Origin: an uncultured Eubacteriales bacterium
GTDB taxonomy: Bacteria > Acidobacteriota > Aminicenantia > Aminicenantales > Aminicenantaceae
Assembly (NCBI GenBank): GCA_964449165.1
Contig: CAYVAT010000002.1
Location: 53,436 to 117,435 of the forward strand
Reading direction: 5' to 3'
Length of the DNA: 64,000 nt
The notes under the pieces were generated by a model that did no database searches, was not told where the DNA came from, and worked only from the letters and a program-made list of their open reading frames with translations. Made by a program: the position numbers and the translations under genes. Numbering within the stretch: position 1 is the stretch's first letter; each line of letters begins with the position of its first letter. Of this stretch, positions 47,392-55,443 are shown in pieces.

Positions 47392-47718
47392 TTAATGCTC
47401 TCGGCGCTTGTCCTTTTGTCCTTCGGAAGGGGACTGTTTTTTATCGTCTGTGAGTATAAACCCATAATCTTCTGTCTTTATGGGCTTTTTCTCCTCCTTT
47501 TGCTCCTTTCTCTCCCTTGCGGATTCTCCAGATTTCACCTGATCAACAAGGTGAAAGCCGTAGTCTTGGGATTCGATCCTCCTTTTCTTTCTCTTGCGAA
47601 AGTAAGGATAAAAGGGAGACTTTATTGTCCTTCCAAAGCAGGAAAGATTAGGATTAAAAATCAGAAGAAGGACAAAAAGGCCAAAGATAATTAGAATTGC
47701 ATAAAGCCCAAAGCTCAT
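47392..47718 (-). CDS. Hypothetical single-pass membrane protein with two DYGFxL motifs
   Basis: N-terminal TM, charged tail, near-consensus promoter upstream. Confidence 0.75.
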   Translation of the reverse strand: MSFGLYAILIIFGLFVLLLIFNPNLSCFGRTIKSPFYPYFRKRKKRRIESQDYGFHLVDQVKSGESARERKEQKEEKKPIKTEDYGFILTDDKKQSPSEGQKDKRREH

Positions 47719-47791
47719 TTTATTCTCTGTATATGGTCATTTCTTCCTGTAACTTTAAAGCAGGAATTTTTCTCTTCCTTATTTAAAATTC

Positions 47792-47820
47792 ATTATATGT
47801 CCACGGTTGGGATTAGTCAA
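47792..47820 (-). promoter_or_regulatory. Strong sigma70-type promoter for the hypothetical-lolB-like-ispE-tRNA-prs operon
   Basis: TTGACT-N17-TATAAT. Confidence 0.75.
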
Positions 47821-47908
47821 ATACAGGAGACCCTTAGATTGCAAAATTGGTGAGAGAATGAGAAGATAAAAATGAATAATGACTTTTGGCTACTCGGGAA
47901 ACCCGCTT

Positions 47909-48043
47909 TTAGGGTTTTTCCTCCGATTCCTCTTGGAAATTGGGTATTCCTGATTTTATCTTTTCTTCCCCTAAATAAAAGCCAATAAGGAACGCCGAGG
48001 AAGCCACCAGAATAGCCAGAAACGATTGCAATATGTTCTTCAT
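47909..48043 (-). CDS. Small membrane protein, 44 aa (below the ORF-track cutoff)
   Basis: MKNILQSFLAILVASSAFLIGFYLGEEKIKSGIPNFQEESEEKP; one TM; TTGACA-N17-GAAAAT about 10 nt upstream. Confidence 0.55.
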   Translation of the reverse strand: MKNILQSFLAILVASSAFLIGFYLGEEKIKSGIPNFQEESEEKP

Positions 48044-48288
48044 CTGTGTTTAGATTTTCAATCAATTTAAAAAAAATGTCAACATGCAGACAGCATTTTC
48101 ATTTCCGTGATCGAGGGAGAGCATTGGGATCAAGCTCCAATGTCATCAAGGAGACGGAGAAGTTACCCGATAAATAATGCTGACTATTCTTAATGGAGAA
48201 AAAGGCTTTTAGGAAATGACGGGGTTGAATTTGATTTTTGCCCCTTTTCCGTGTATATTTTTTTTCAACACAATTAAGGAAAAAACCA

Positions 48289-49722
48289 ATGAAAAAATCC
48301 CTTCTCTTCCTTTGGATGGCCTTCTTACTCGTCCCTTCCTCTCTTTTCACTCAGGGAGTGAGAGAGCCCGTGGCTGCAGGCACATTCTACGATGCCAATC
48401 CTGAATCCCTTTCTCAGAGAATCGAAGATTATCTTCAAAGTGCCAAAGAAAGTCCTGCGCTCTCTGGTGAAATTTTGGGTCTCATTGCCCCCCATGCTGG
48501 CTACATCTATTCAGGAAGACTCGCTGCCTCTGCTTATCGCCTGATCCAAGGAAAAGACTATGAAACTGTAATCATCATCGGACCCTCTCATCGTTACGCA
48601 TTCCGAGGCTGCTCTATCTATCCTCGAGGCGGATACAAAACACCTTTGGGTGTGGCCCAGGTCGATGCGGCCCTGGCTTCAGAACTCTCCAAGGTCTCTG
48701 GTTACGGATTCATCCCCAAGGCTCACCAGCAGGAACACTCCGTCGAAGTCCAAGTGCCTTTTATCCAAAAAGTCCTTCCTCAAGCAAAAATAGTCCCTGT
48801 TGTCATGGGCCTTCCCACAAAAAAAACCATCACCCGCCTTGCCTCGGCCCTCTCCACTATCATACAAGGTCAGAAAACGCTCATCATCGCATCCACAGAT
48901 ATGTCCCACTATTATCCAAAAAAAGAAGCTAACCATATCGACTCCCAGACCATATCCCTCATCCAATCCTTCAAGACACAGACGATTATCCACAAGCTGG
49001 AGAGAGGAGAGAATTTTATGTGCGGAGGGGGGCCGGTTGTCTCTCTCCTTCTCTATGGGAAAGAAAAGGGAAATGCCAAGGTCAAAATTCTCGGTTATGC
49101 TGATTCTTCTGAAGTGGGGAGCGGGGAGGATCGCGTAGTCGGTTATCTGGCTGGAGTCGTTTTCAAAGAGAATCCATTTCCTGAGTTTACCTTGACACCT
49201 GAAGAAAAGAGAGAGCTTCTCCAGCTTGCCCGCTCGTCTATCGAAACTTATCTCCTCGAGAAGAAACTTCCCTATTACCAGGCACAAGACTCAAAATTTC
49301 TAGAAAAGAAAGGAGCTTTTGTCACCCTTAAAAAGGAGGGGCACCTGAGAGGATGCATAGGATTTATCAACCCTATCCTGCCTCTGTACCAGACGGTGAC
49401 CCAAGCTGCCGTCTACGCAGCCTGCAAAGACCAACGGTTCCTCCCTCTTTCTCCCGGCGAACTAAAAGATGTGGAGATAGAGATATCAATCCTATCCCCA
49501 CTAAAAAAAATAGACGACCCTCAAATTGTGGAAATTGGGAAGCATGGCCTTCTTATTACAAAGGGAGACAAGAGTGGACTTCTTCTCCCTCAAGTCGCCG
49601 TTGAAAACCATTGGTCAAAAAAGACTTTCCTCGAGCAGGCCTGTATGAAGGCGGGCCTCCCTCCCAATGCATGGAAAAGAGGGGCGGACATATTCATTTT
49701 CGAAGCAACCATATTTCATTAG
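48289..49722 (+). CDS. AmmeMemoRadiSam protein B (MEMO1) - protein A (AMMECR1) fusion with N-terminal signal peptide
   Basis: PVAAGTFY, PHAGYIYSG, EHSVEVQVPF, ASTDMSHY, MCG, VGY; then GAFVTL..LRGCIG, EISILSP, GLLLPQVAVE, CMKAGL. Start at 48289 after aagga. Confidence 0.92.
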   Translation: MKKSLLFLWMAFLLVPSSLFTQGVREPVAAGTFYDANPESLSQRIEDYLQSAKESPALSGEILGLIAPHAGYIYSGRLAASAYRLIQGKDYETVIIIGPSHRYAFRGCSIYPRGGYKTPLGVAQVDAALASELSKVSGYGFIPKAHQQEHSVEVQVPFIQKVLPQAKIVPVVMGLPTKKTITRLASALSTIIQGQKTLIIASTDMSHYYPKKEANHIDSQTISLIQSFKTQTIIHKLERGENFMCGGGPVVSLLLYGKEKGNAKVKILGYADSSEVGSGEDRVVGYLAGVVFKENPFPEFTLTPEEKRELLQLARSSIETYLLEKKLPYYQAQDSKFLEKKGAFVTLKKEGHLRGCIGFINPILPLYQTVTQAAVYAACKDQRFLPLSPGELKDVEIEISILSPLKKIDDPQIVEIGKHGLLITKGDKSGLLLPQVAVENHWSKKTFLEQACMKAGLPPNAWKRGADIFIFEATIFH

Positions 49723-49766
49723 TTCTCTTTCTTTGGTATAATATACGCTTTCCGGTCTTGAGAAAA

Positions 49767-50039
49767 ATGCCTTTATACGAGTACAGGTGTAAAAGTTGCG
49801 GTGCCTCCTTTGAAATCATACAGAAAGTCAACGAGACGCCGCTACAAAAATGCATCAAGTGCGGAGGGACGTTGGAAAAGGTCATCTCACCTCCAGCACT
49901 ACAATTTAAAGGGAATGGCTGGTATGTGACTGACTATGCTCAAAAAAACAACTCAGGGAAGGAGGAAAAACCAGCCTCCAAAAAGAGCGAAAAAACAGAA
50001 TCGCACACGGATAAGAAAGGGAAGTCTTCCTCTTCTTGA
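49767..50039 (+). CDS. FmdB family zinc-ribbon protein
   Basis: MPLYEYRCKSCG, CIKCGG, FKGNGWYVTDY. Confidence 0.93.
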   Translation: MPLYEYRCKSCGASFEIIQKVNETPLQKCIKCGGTLEKVISPPALQFKGNGWYVTDYAQKNNSGKEEKPASKKSEKTESHTDKKGKSSSS

Positions 50040-50099
50040 GCATAAATCTTCAAAACTCTCAGATTTCGTTATTTAAGAAACAATCAAGCATTTGTTTTT

Positions 50100-50128
50100 T
50101 TGACAAGCCTCTGGTAAGGGAATAAAAT
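50100..50128 (+). promoter_or_regulatory. Sigma70-type promoter of waaF-gmhB-relA (leaderless-like)
   Basis: TTGACA-N17-TAAAAT; the ATG at 50136 follows 7 nt later with no SD. Confidence 0.65.
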
Positions 50129-50129
50129 T

Positions 50130-51137
50130 GTGCCTATGAAGATAGTAATCCGTGCCCCAAACTGGATTGGAGACGCAGTTCTCGCCTATCCTCTTCTTGA
50201 AAGCCTGAACAAAAATCTCCCTCATGCCCAGATATGGATAGCAGCCAAGCCCTGGGTCAAAGACCTTTTCACTTACTTCCGCTTCATCGACGGGATTATA
50301 TCTCTCTCGGCCCAGAACGACATCATGAGCCTGAGAGATTCAGCGAGAGAAATAAGGTCTCATAACTTTGATGCAGGACTCGTACTCCCTAACTCCTTTT
50401 CAGCAGCCTTTCTCTTCTACTTAGCAAGAATTCCCCAAAGATGGGGATATCAGAGGGATGGACGGGGTCTTCTTTTAACCAAAGGAGTGGCATCTCTGAG
50501 CAGGAAAAACGCAATCCATCAAGTCCATTATTATCTGGAGCTCCTAAAAAGACTGGGCTATCAGCCTTATCCTCCAGAACTCAAGCTCCCTCTTTCCTCC
50601 CAAGAAAAAAAGGAGGCCCGGAACTTTCTTCGCTCCTTGAACGCGGATCAAGGAAAGCCCTTAATCATCTTACATCCTGGTGCTTCGTACGGTCCATCCA
50701 AGAGATGGCCCGCCCAAAAGTATGCCCAGCTTGCTGCTTTTTTTCAAGAGAGGGATGGGGCAACAATTCTTATCATTGGGGCCCGTGATGATAGTCAAGT
50801 GGCAGAATCCGTTTCCTCTCTGTTGAATAAGAAGCCCTTGAACTTGGCGGGAAAAACATCGTTGCGTTTCCTAGCCAGCCTCATCAGCCAGGCTGCCTTG
50901 TTCGTCTCCAACGATTCTGGCCCTATGCATATGGCTAACGCTCTCAGGATTCCAGTAGTGGCTCTCTTCGGTCCCACAGATCCCCGGCAGACCGGCCCCT
51001 TCCACAAACCGGCATCCGTCATCAAAAAAGGAGCTCCATGTTGGCCTTGCAGCTACAGAGAATGCCCCTATGATCACCGATGCATGATGAGAATCGAGGC
51101 AGAAGAAGTCTACCAAATTAGCAAACAGTTCCTATGA
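50130..51137 (+). CDS. waaF: Lipopolysaccharide heptosyltransferase II (GT9)
   Basis: RAPNWIGDAV, LPNSFSAA, HPGASYGPSKRWP, NDSGPMH, LFGPT. Confidence 0.93.
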   Translation: MPMKIVIRAPNWIGDAVLAYPLLESLNKNLPHAQIWIAAKPWVKDLFTYFRFIDGIISLSAQNDIMSLRDSAREIRSHNFDAGLVLPNSFSAAFLFYLARIPQRWGYQRDGRGLLLTKGVASLSRKNAIHQVHYYLELLKRLGYQPYPPELKLPLSSQEKKEARNFLRSLNADQGKPLIILHPGASYGPSKRWPAQKYAQLAAFFQERDGATILIIGARDDSQVAESVSSLLNKKPLNLAGKTSLRFLASLISQAALFVSNDSGPMHMANALRIPVVALFGPTDPRQTGPFHKPASVIKKGAPCWPCSYRECPYDHRCMMRIEAEEVYQISKQFL

Positions 51138-51727
51138 TGAAAAAAAGAGCCGTCTTTTTAGACAGGGATGGAACCATCAATAAGGATGTTGGTTTTCCTG
51201 GTTCATTTGAACTCATAGATATCTATCCCTACAGCTTCGAAGCAGTCAAAAAAATAAACACGGCTGGCCTTCTGGCAGTAATAGTCACCAATCAATCAGG
51301 AGTAGGACGGGGATTTATTGATATCGAAAATCTCCATGACATCCATCAGAAACTCAAGGAAGTTTTTGCTCGATATGATGCCTATTTCGACGGGATCTAT
51401 TTTTGTCCTCACTATATTTCCTCATCCTTATCGGAATATAATAAAAATTGCCAATGCCGGAAGCCTTTCCCTGGCATGGCTTATCAAGCTGCCTCTGACC
51501 TGGATATAGACCTGGAACATTCCTACATGGTGGGAGACAAATTGGAGGATGTTCTTTTTGGCCTGAACATCAAGGCTCAACCTATTCTTGTCTTGACGGG
51601 TTTCGGAAAAAAGACCCTGCTCCAGCTGAAGAAAAAAGGAGTAAAACCCGCACATGTGGCTTCAACCTTGATTGATGCTGTCAACTGGATTTTGATCAAG
51701 GAAAAGACAGGCTCCAAGGGAGGATAA
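51134..51727 (+). CDS. gmhB: D-glycero-D-manno-heptose 1,7-bisphosphate phosphatase (HAD)
   Basis: FLDRDGTIN, TNQSGVGRG, CPH...CQCRKP, MVGD. Confidence 0.92.
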   Translation: MMKKRAVFLDRDGTINKDVGFPGSFELIDIYPYSFEAVKKINTAGLLAVIVTNQSGVGRGFIDIENLHDIHQKLKEVFARYDAYFDGIYFCPHYISSSLSEYNKNCQCRKPFPGMAYQAASDLDIDLEHSYMVGDKLEDVLFGLNIKAQPILVLTGFGKKTLLQLKKKGVKPAHVASTLIDAVNWILIKEKTGSKGG

Positions 51728-51748
51728 TCCCTTCTTCAAAGAACCAAA

Positions 51749-53902
51749 ATGATCCGATTTGATGATATCTTAGAAAAAATTTCTTCCTCTTATACGGAGA
51801 AGGAGATCACTCTGCTCCAGAAGGCCTACGTTTTTTCTGCTCAGGTCCATAAAGGGCAAATCCGTCATTCTGGAGAACCCTATCTCAGCCATCCCCTCGA
51901 AGTTACGAATATGCTCGCTGACATGAAATTGGATGCCGTCACTCTGACTGCTGGCCTTCTTCATGACGTCCTGGAAGATACAGAAGTAACCGCTCTAGAG
52001 CTTCAACAGGCTTTTGGAAAAGAGATTACTCACCTTGTTGAAGGAGTGACCAAGATCAGCAGAGTCCAAGAATCCTCTCCGGAAACGAGACAGGCCGAAA
52101 GTATCCGCAAGATCATCTTGGCCATGACCGACGACCTGAGGGTAATTTTTATCAAGCTGGCAGATAGAATTCATAACTTGAAAACCCTCCGATTTTTGCC
52201 TGAATTCAAGCAAAAACAGATCGCACAGGAAACCCTGGAGATATACGCTCCCATCGCCAACAGGTTGGGTATGGGAAGAAGGAGAGCTGAACTGGAGGAT
52301 CTTTCTTTCCGGTACGTTGACCCTGAAAATTATTTTAAAATTCTGGCTCTTATCGAGCCTCAAAGAAAAAAAGCAGAAAGAGAGCTTAAGAAATTGAAGA
52401 ATTCGCTTGGAAGTTACATGGAGGAACATCATATTCCAGCAGAAATATATTATCGCATCAAACGCCCTTACAGCATCTACAACAAGATGTATCTGCGCAA
52501 CATCGACTTCGAGCAAGTGTATGATTTTATGGCCTTGAGGCTCATCACCCAAACTACAAAAAACTGCTACTCTGCTCTGGGTATTATCCACCAAAAATGG
52601 CCCCATCTTCCTCATCGCTTCCGAGATTTTATTGCCATACCCAAGCCTAACCTCTATCAGGCTCTCCACACCACCATTATCACAGAGAAAAAACATACCA
52701 TTGAAATCCAGATTCGAACCCAGCAAATGCATGATTTGGCTGAAAACGGAATCGCCGCCCACTGGAAATACAAGGAAGCCGACTCTCAGTCCCTGATGAG
52801 AGAAGATACCAGGCTTCTCTGGTTGAGAGAGATGATCGATCTCTATAAGGAGCAGAAAAGCCCCCGTGAATTCCTCAAAAGCCTTAAAACCGACCTTATT
52901 CCTGAAGAAGGGTATGTCTTCACCCCGCAGGGAAAAAGCATTTCCATTCCTCTGGGTTCGTCTGCCCTGGATTTTGCCTTCAAAATACACACGGAAATCG
53001 GGCTTCATGCAACTGAGGCTAAAATCAACGGAAAGTTGGCTTCCCTGAAGACAATCTTGAAGACTGGGGATATCGTGGAGATTCTTACCTCCCCTGATAA
53101 AAAACCAAGCCGTGACTGGTTAAATATTGCATTTACCTCAACTGCCAAGTATCACATCAAACGCTGGCTCAACCTCCAAAACAAAATCAAAAACATTGCT
53201 TTGGGAAAGAAACTATGGGAAAAAGAAGTCAAAAAATACACCGTTCCATCCGAAGAGCTTGACGAAGAGAATCTTCTTTCCCGATTGTCCAAAGCCGCTC
53301 CCTTTCGGGTCAAAAAGATCGAAGACTTCTATGCCCTCATAGGATTTGGGAAAATTATTATCACTAAAAAATTGATCGAAAAAATCTTTACAGCAAAGGA
53401 AATTACACCAAAAAAAGAAACCTTGCTCAAAAAAATGATGACAAAAGTCGCTAAAAAGTCAAATCAAGAGCTTCATGTCCAGGAAACCGATGGAACAGTC
53501 CTCTCTTTAGCCAAATGCTGTTCTCCCATCAAAGGAGAGCCTATAATAGGATACATCACCTCAGGAAAAGGGATAACAGTCCATTCACTCCGCTGTCCCT
53601 TGGTCTCCAAAGAAGTTCTGGATAACCAGCGAATGGTTGAGGTCTCATGGGATAAATCCATGGGAGGGGTTTTCAAGGGAAACCTTCTGATTAAATCTAT
53701 CGACACTCCTGGCGTCCTGGCCAAGCTCACCTCGGTCATAGCCCAAACCGGAGGAAATATCACCAAGGCAGAGGTGGTTACTTTCCCTGACCAAAAGGCT
53801 CAGATCAAGCTCGTCCTCATCATCCGAGATATAGACCATCTTGAAAACATCATGAAAAAGATTAAGGGAATAAAAGAAATATCCTCGGTGAGAAGGAGCT
53901 AA
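51749..53902 (+). CDS. relA: Long RelA/SpoT homologue, (p)ppGpp synthetase/hydrolase
   Basis: SGEPY..HP, LHDVLED (HD intact), IKLADRIHN, QALHT, EIQIRT, AAHWKYK, TGS, CCSP, ACT. Confidence 0.96.
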   Translation: MIRFDDILEKISSSYTEKEITLLQKAYVFSAQVHKGQIRHSGEPYLSHPLEVTNMLADMKLDAVTLTAGLLHDVLEDTEVTALELQQAFGKEITHLVEGVTKISRVQESSPETRQAESIRKIILAMTDDLRVIFIKLADRIHNLKTLRFLPEFKQKQIAQETLEIYAPIANRLGMGRRRAELEDLSFRYVDPENYFKILALIEPQRKKAERELKKLKNSLGSYMEEHHIPAEIYYRIKRPYSIYNKMYLRNIDFEQVYDFMALRLITQTTKNCYSALGIIHQKWPHLPHRFRDFIAIPKPNLYQALHTTIITEKKHTIEIQIRTQQMHDLAENGIAAHWKYKEADSQSLMREDTRLLWLREMIDLYKEQKSPREFLKSLKTDLIPEEGYVFTPQGKSISIPLGSSALDFAFKIHTEIGLHATEAKINGKLASLKTILKTGDIVEILTSPDKKPSRDWLNIAFTSTAKYHIKRWLNLQNKIKNIALGKKLWEKEVKKYTVPSEELDEENLLSRLSKAAPFRVKKIEDFYALIGFGKIIITKKLIEKIFTAKEITPKKETLLKKMMTKVAKKSNQELHVQETDGTVLSLAKCCSPIKGEPIIGYITSGKGITVHSLRCPLVSKEVLDNQRMVEVSWDKSMGGVFKGNLLIKSIDTPGVLAKLTSVIAQTGGNITKAEVVTFPDQKAQIKLVLIIRDIDHLENIMKKIKGIKEISSVRRS

Positions 53903-53907
53903 CTCCC

Positions 53908-54099
53908 TTATAGCGCTTTGCTCACCCTCCCGGTTCGAAGGCACCTTGTGCAAACCCAGATATATTTTACTCCTGAGGAGGTTCGAGCTTTCACCCGCTG
54001 TAGATTCGGCTTCCATTTCTTCTTGGAAGCTTTATGGGAATGACTCAAGGTCTGACCGAAAAGAGGTCCTTTCCCGCATATTTCACAGACTTTTGCCAT
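53908..54099 (-). CDS. rpmB: 50S ribosomal protein L28 (CxxC..CxxC Zn form)
   Basis: MAKVCEICGKGP, SHSH, WKPNLQ, VCTRCLR. Confidence 0.96.
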   Translation of the reverse strand: MAKVCEICGKGPLFGQTLSHSHKASKKKWKPNLQRVKARTSSGVKYIWVCTRCLRTGRVSKAL

Positions 54100-54360
54100 T
54101 GTTCTTCCTCGATAAGACGACCATTTATAGCACATTTTCCCAAAAAATCCAAATTTGCATCAAATATGAACATGGTCTCCTTTTCCCTGATTATGTCTTA
54201 TTTCTTTACAGCATATCAAGAGAACATTCATCTCCATCATATACTCCAAGAAAGTTAATCTCCTCCTTCCGAATTATTATGTTAAACATATGTCACATTT
54301 TAGGGTCGCCCTGAAATCTCAATGGTGTTTTTTATCTTTATAAATAAAAGCGTCTCCTTT

Positions 54361-54376
54361 TGGCACAATATTTGCT
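54361..54376 (+). promoter_or_regulatory. Sigma54 (-24/-12) promoter
   Basis: TGGCAC-AATAT-TTGCT matches the consensus with GG-N10-GC spacing; AT-rich tract and TGT-N12-ACA (54280-54297) upstream. Confidence 0.75.
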
Positions 54377-54438
54377 TACTTCATATGTTGTCTTGACGAG
54401 ATTCAGAAAAACAAGTAGTCTAAATAAGTTGCCCTCAG

Positions 54439-54789
54439 ATGAATAAGCATCTTATTTTTCTCTTCGTAACCATATTCTTTTCACTGCTGGCTTTCCATAG
54501 CTGCAGCCGTCCCTTGACAGATGACCAACTGCACTTCGGTATCGAGGCCGCTCAAAAGGATTTATGGGATGAAGCTATTTTTCGCTGGAAAAAAGTGATT
54601 GAAATTACTCCCGGGTCAGCCGCTGCTCATAACAACCTCGCCGTAGCCTACGAAAAGAAAGGACTCTGGGAAGAGGCGAAAAAAGAGTATGAAATAGCTT
54701 TGAAATTGAGTCCTGAAAATACCCACATCAAGTCAAATTATCAAAATTTTAAAAACCATTATGAGCACAAAGAAAATGAAGAAATTTAA
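54439..54789 (+). CDS. TPR lipoprotein
   Basis: Lipobox AFHSC; TPR LWDEAIFRWKK...AAHNNLAVAYEKKG..EEAKKEYEIAL. Confidence 0.88.
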   Translation: MNKHLIFLFVTIFFSLLAFHSCSRPLTDDQLHFGIEAAQKDLWDEAIFRWKKVIEITPGSAAAHNNLAVAYEKKGLWEEAKKEYEIALKLSPENTHIKSNYQNFKNHYEHKENEEI

Positions 54790-55432
54790 ATACATCCTTT
54801 TTGCCTGTTTTGTCTTTTATCTCTCTTGTTCCCACAGTTCATTCTTGAAGCTCAAAATCGAAATTCCTGGAGACCCGCAGATCGATTTGGAAAAGTTTAA
54901 TCAAATTGTGATCACGAATTTTCTTATCCAAAAAGAAACCAAAGATATCAACATCAACAAAGAAATTGTGGAATATCTCAAACTTGAAATCGAACAGAAC
55001 TTTGATGGAGAGGTCGTCCCAAGGAATTTCTCTGTAGAAAATGAAGAAGCCTATAAGAACCAAGACTTCTGGAAAGGCCTCATCAAAGCGTCAGAACGGA
55101 CACTCTTTCTTACTGGCGTGGTCAATTATTCAGAAGAAATTCGTAAAGCCATCTTGGAAAAAAGGAAAGATAGATCTGAGGATCCTTTCCCTGCCGACAA
55201 ACAGTTAGCCGAGCGCAAATTTTATACCCTCAAAGTCGACCTCTATCTGATAGACGCCCAAACAGGAAATCCTTTGTATCAAAGGAGCTTTAAAGAAACC
55301 AAAGGCTACAAAAATCCCAATCAAACGGCATATTTTGCCTTTTTTGACCTTATCCAGCAGGTTAAGGACAAACTCCTTCGTAACATCCTCGGCGCTAAAA
55401 AAATCGAGGAACGTTATCTCATTTCCAGATAA
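54776..55432 (+). CDS. Lipoprotein, possibly CsgG/LpoB/TolB-N-like fold
   Basis: MKKFKYILFACFVFYLSC lipobox; LFLTGVV and LKVDLYLIDAQTGNPLY strands are typical of that fold (weak family call). Confidence 0.7.
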   Translation: MKKFKYILFACFVFYLSCSHSSFLKLKIEIPGDPQIDLEKFNQIVITNFLIQKETKDININKEIVEYLKLEIEQNFDGEVVPRNFSVENEEAYKNQDFWKGLIKASERTLFLTGVVNYSEEIRKAILEKRKDRSEDPFPADKQLAERKFYTLKVDLYLIDAQTGNPLYQRSFKETKGYKNPNQTAYFAFFDLIQQVKDKLLRNILGAKKIEERYLISR

Positions 55433-55443
55433 AAGGAGCCAAA

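Noticed and set aside
47817-48065. 82-aa ORF from the track
   Set aside because: An overlapping frame gives a more protein-like 44-aa TM peptide (47909-48043); the 82-aa frame has no features.
54260-54287. TTATGTTAAA resembles the XerD arm of a dif site
   Set aside because: The XerC-side arm (ctcctccttcc) lacks the conserved ATAA, and the site is next to the origin rather than the terminus.
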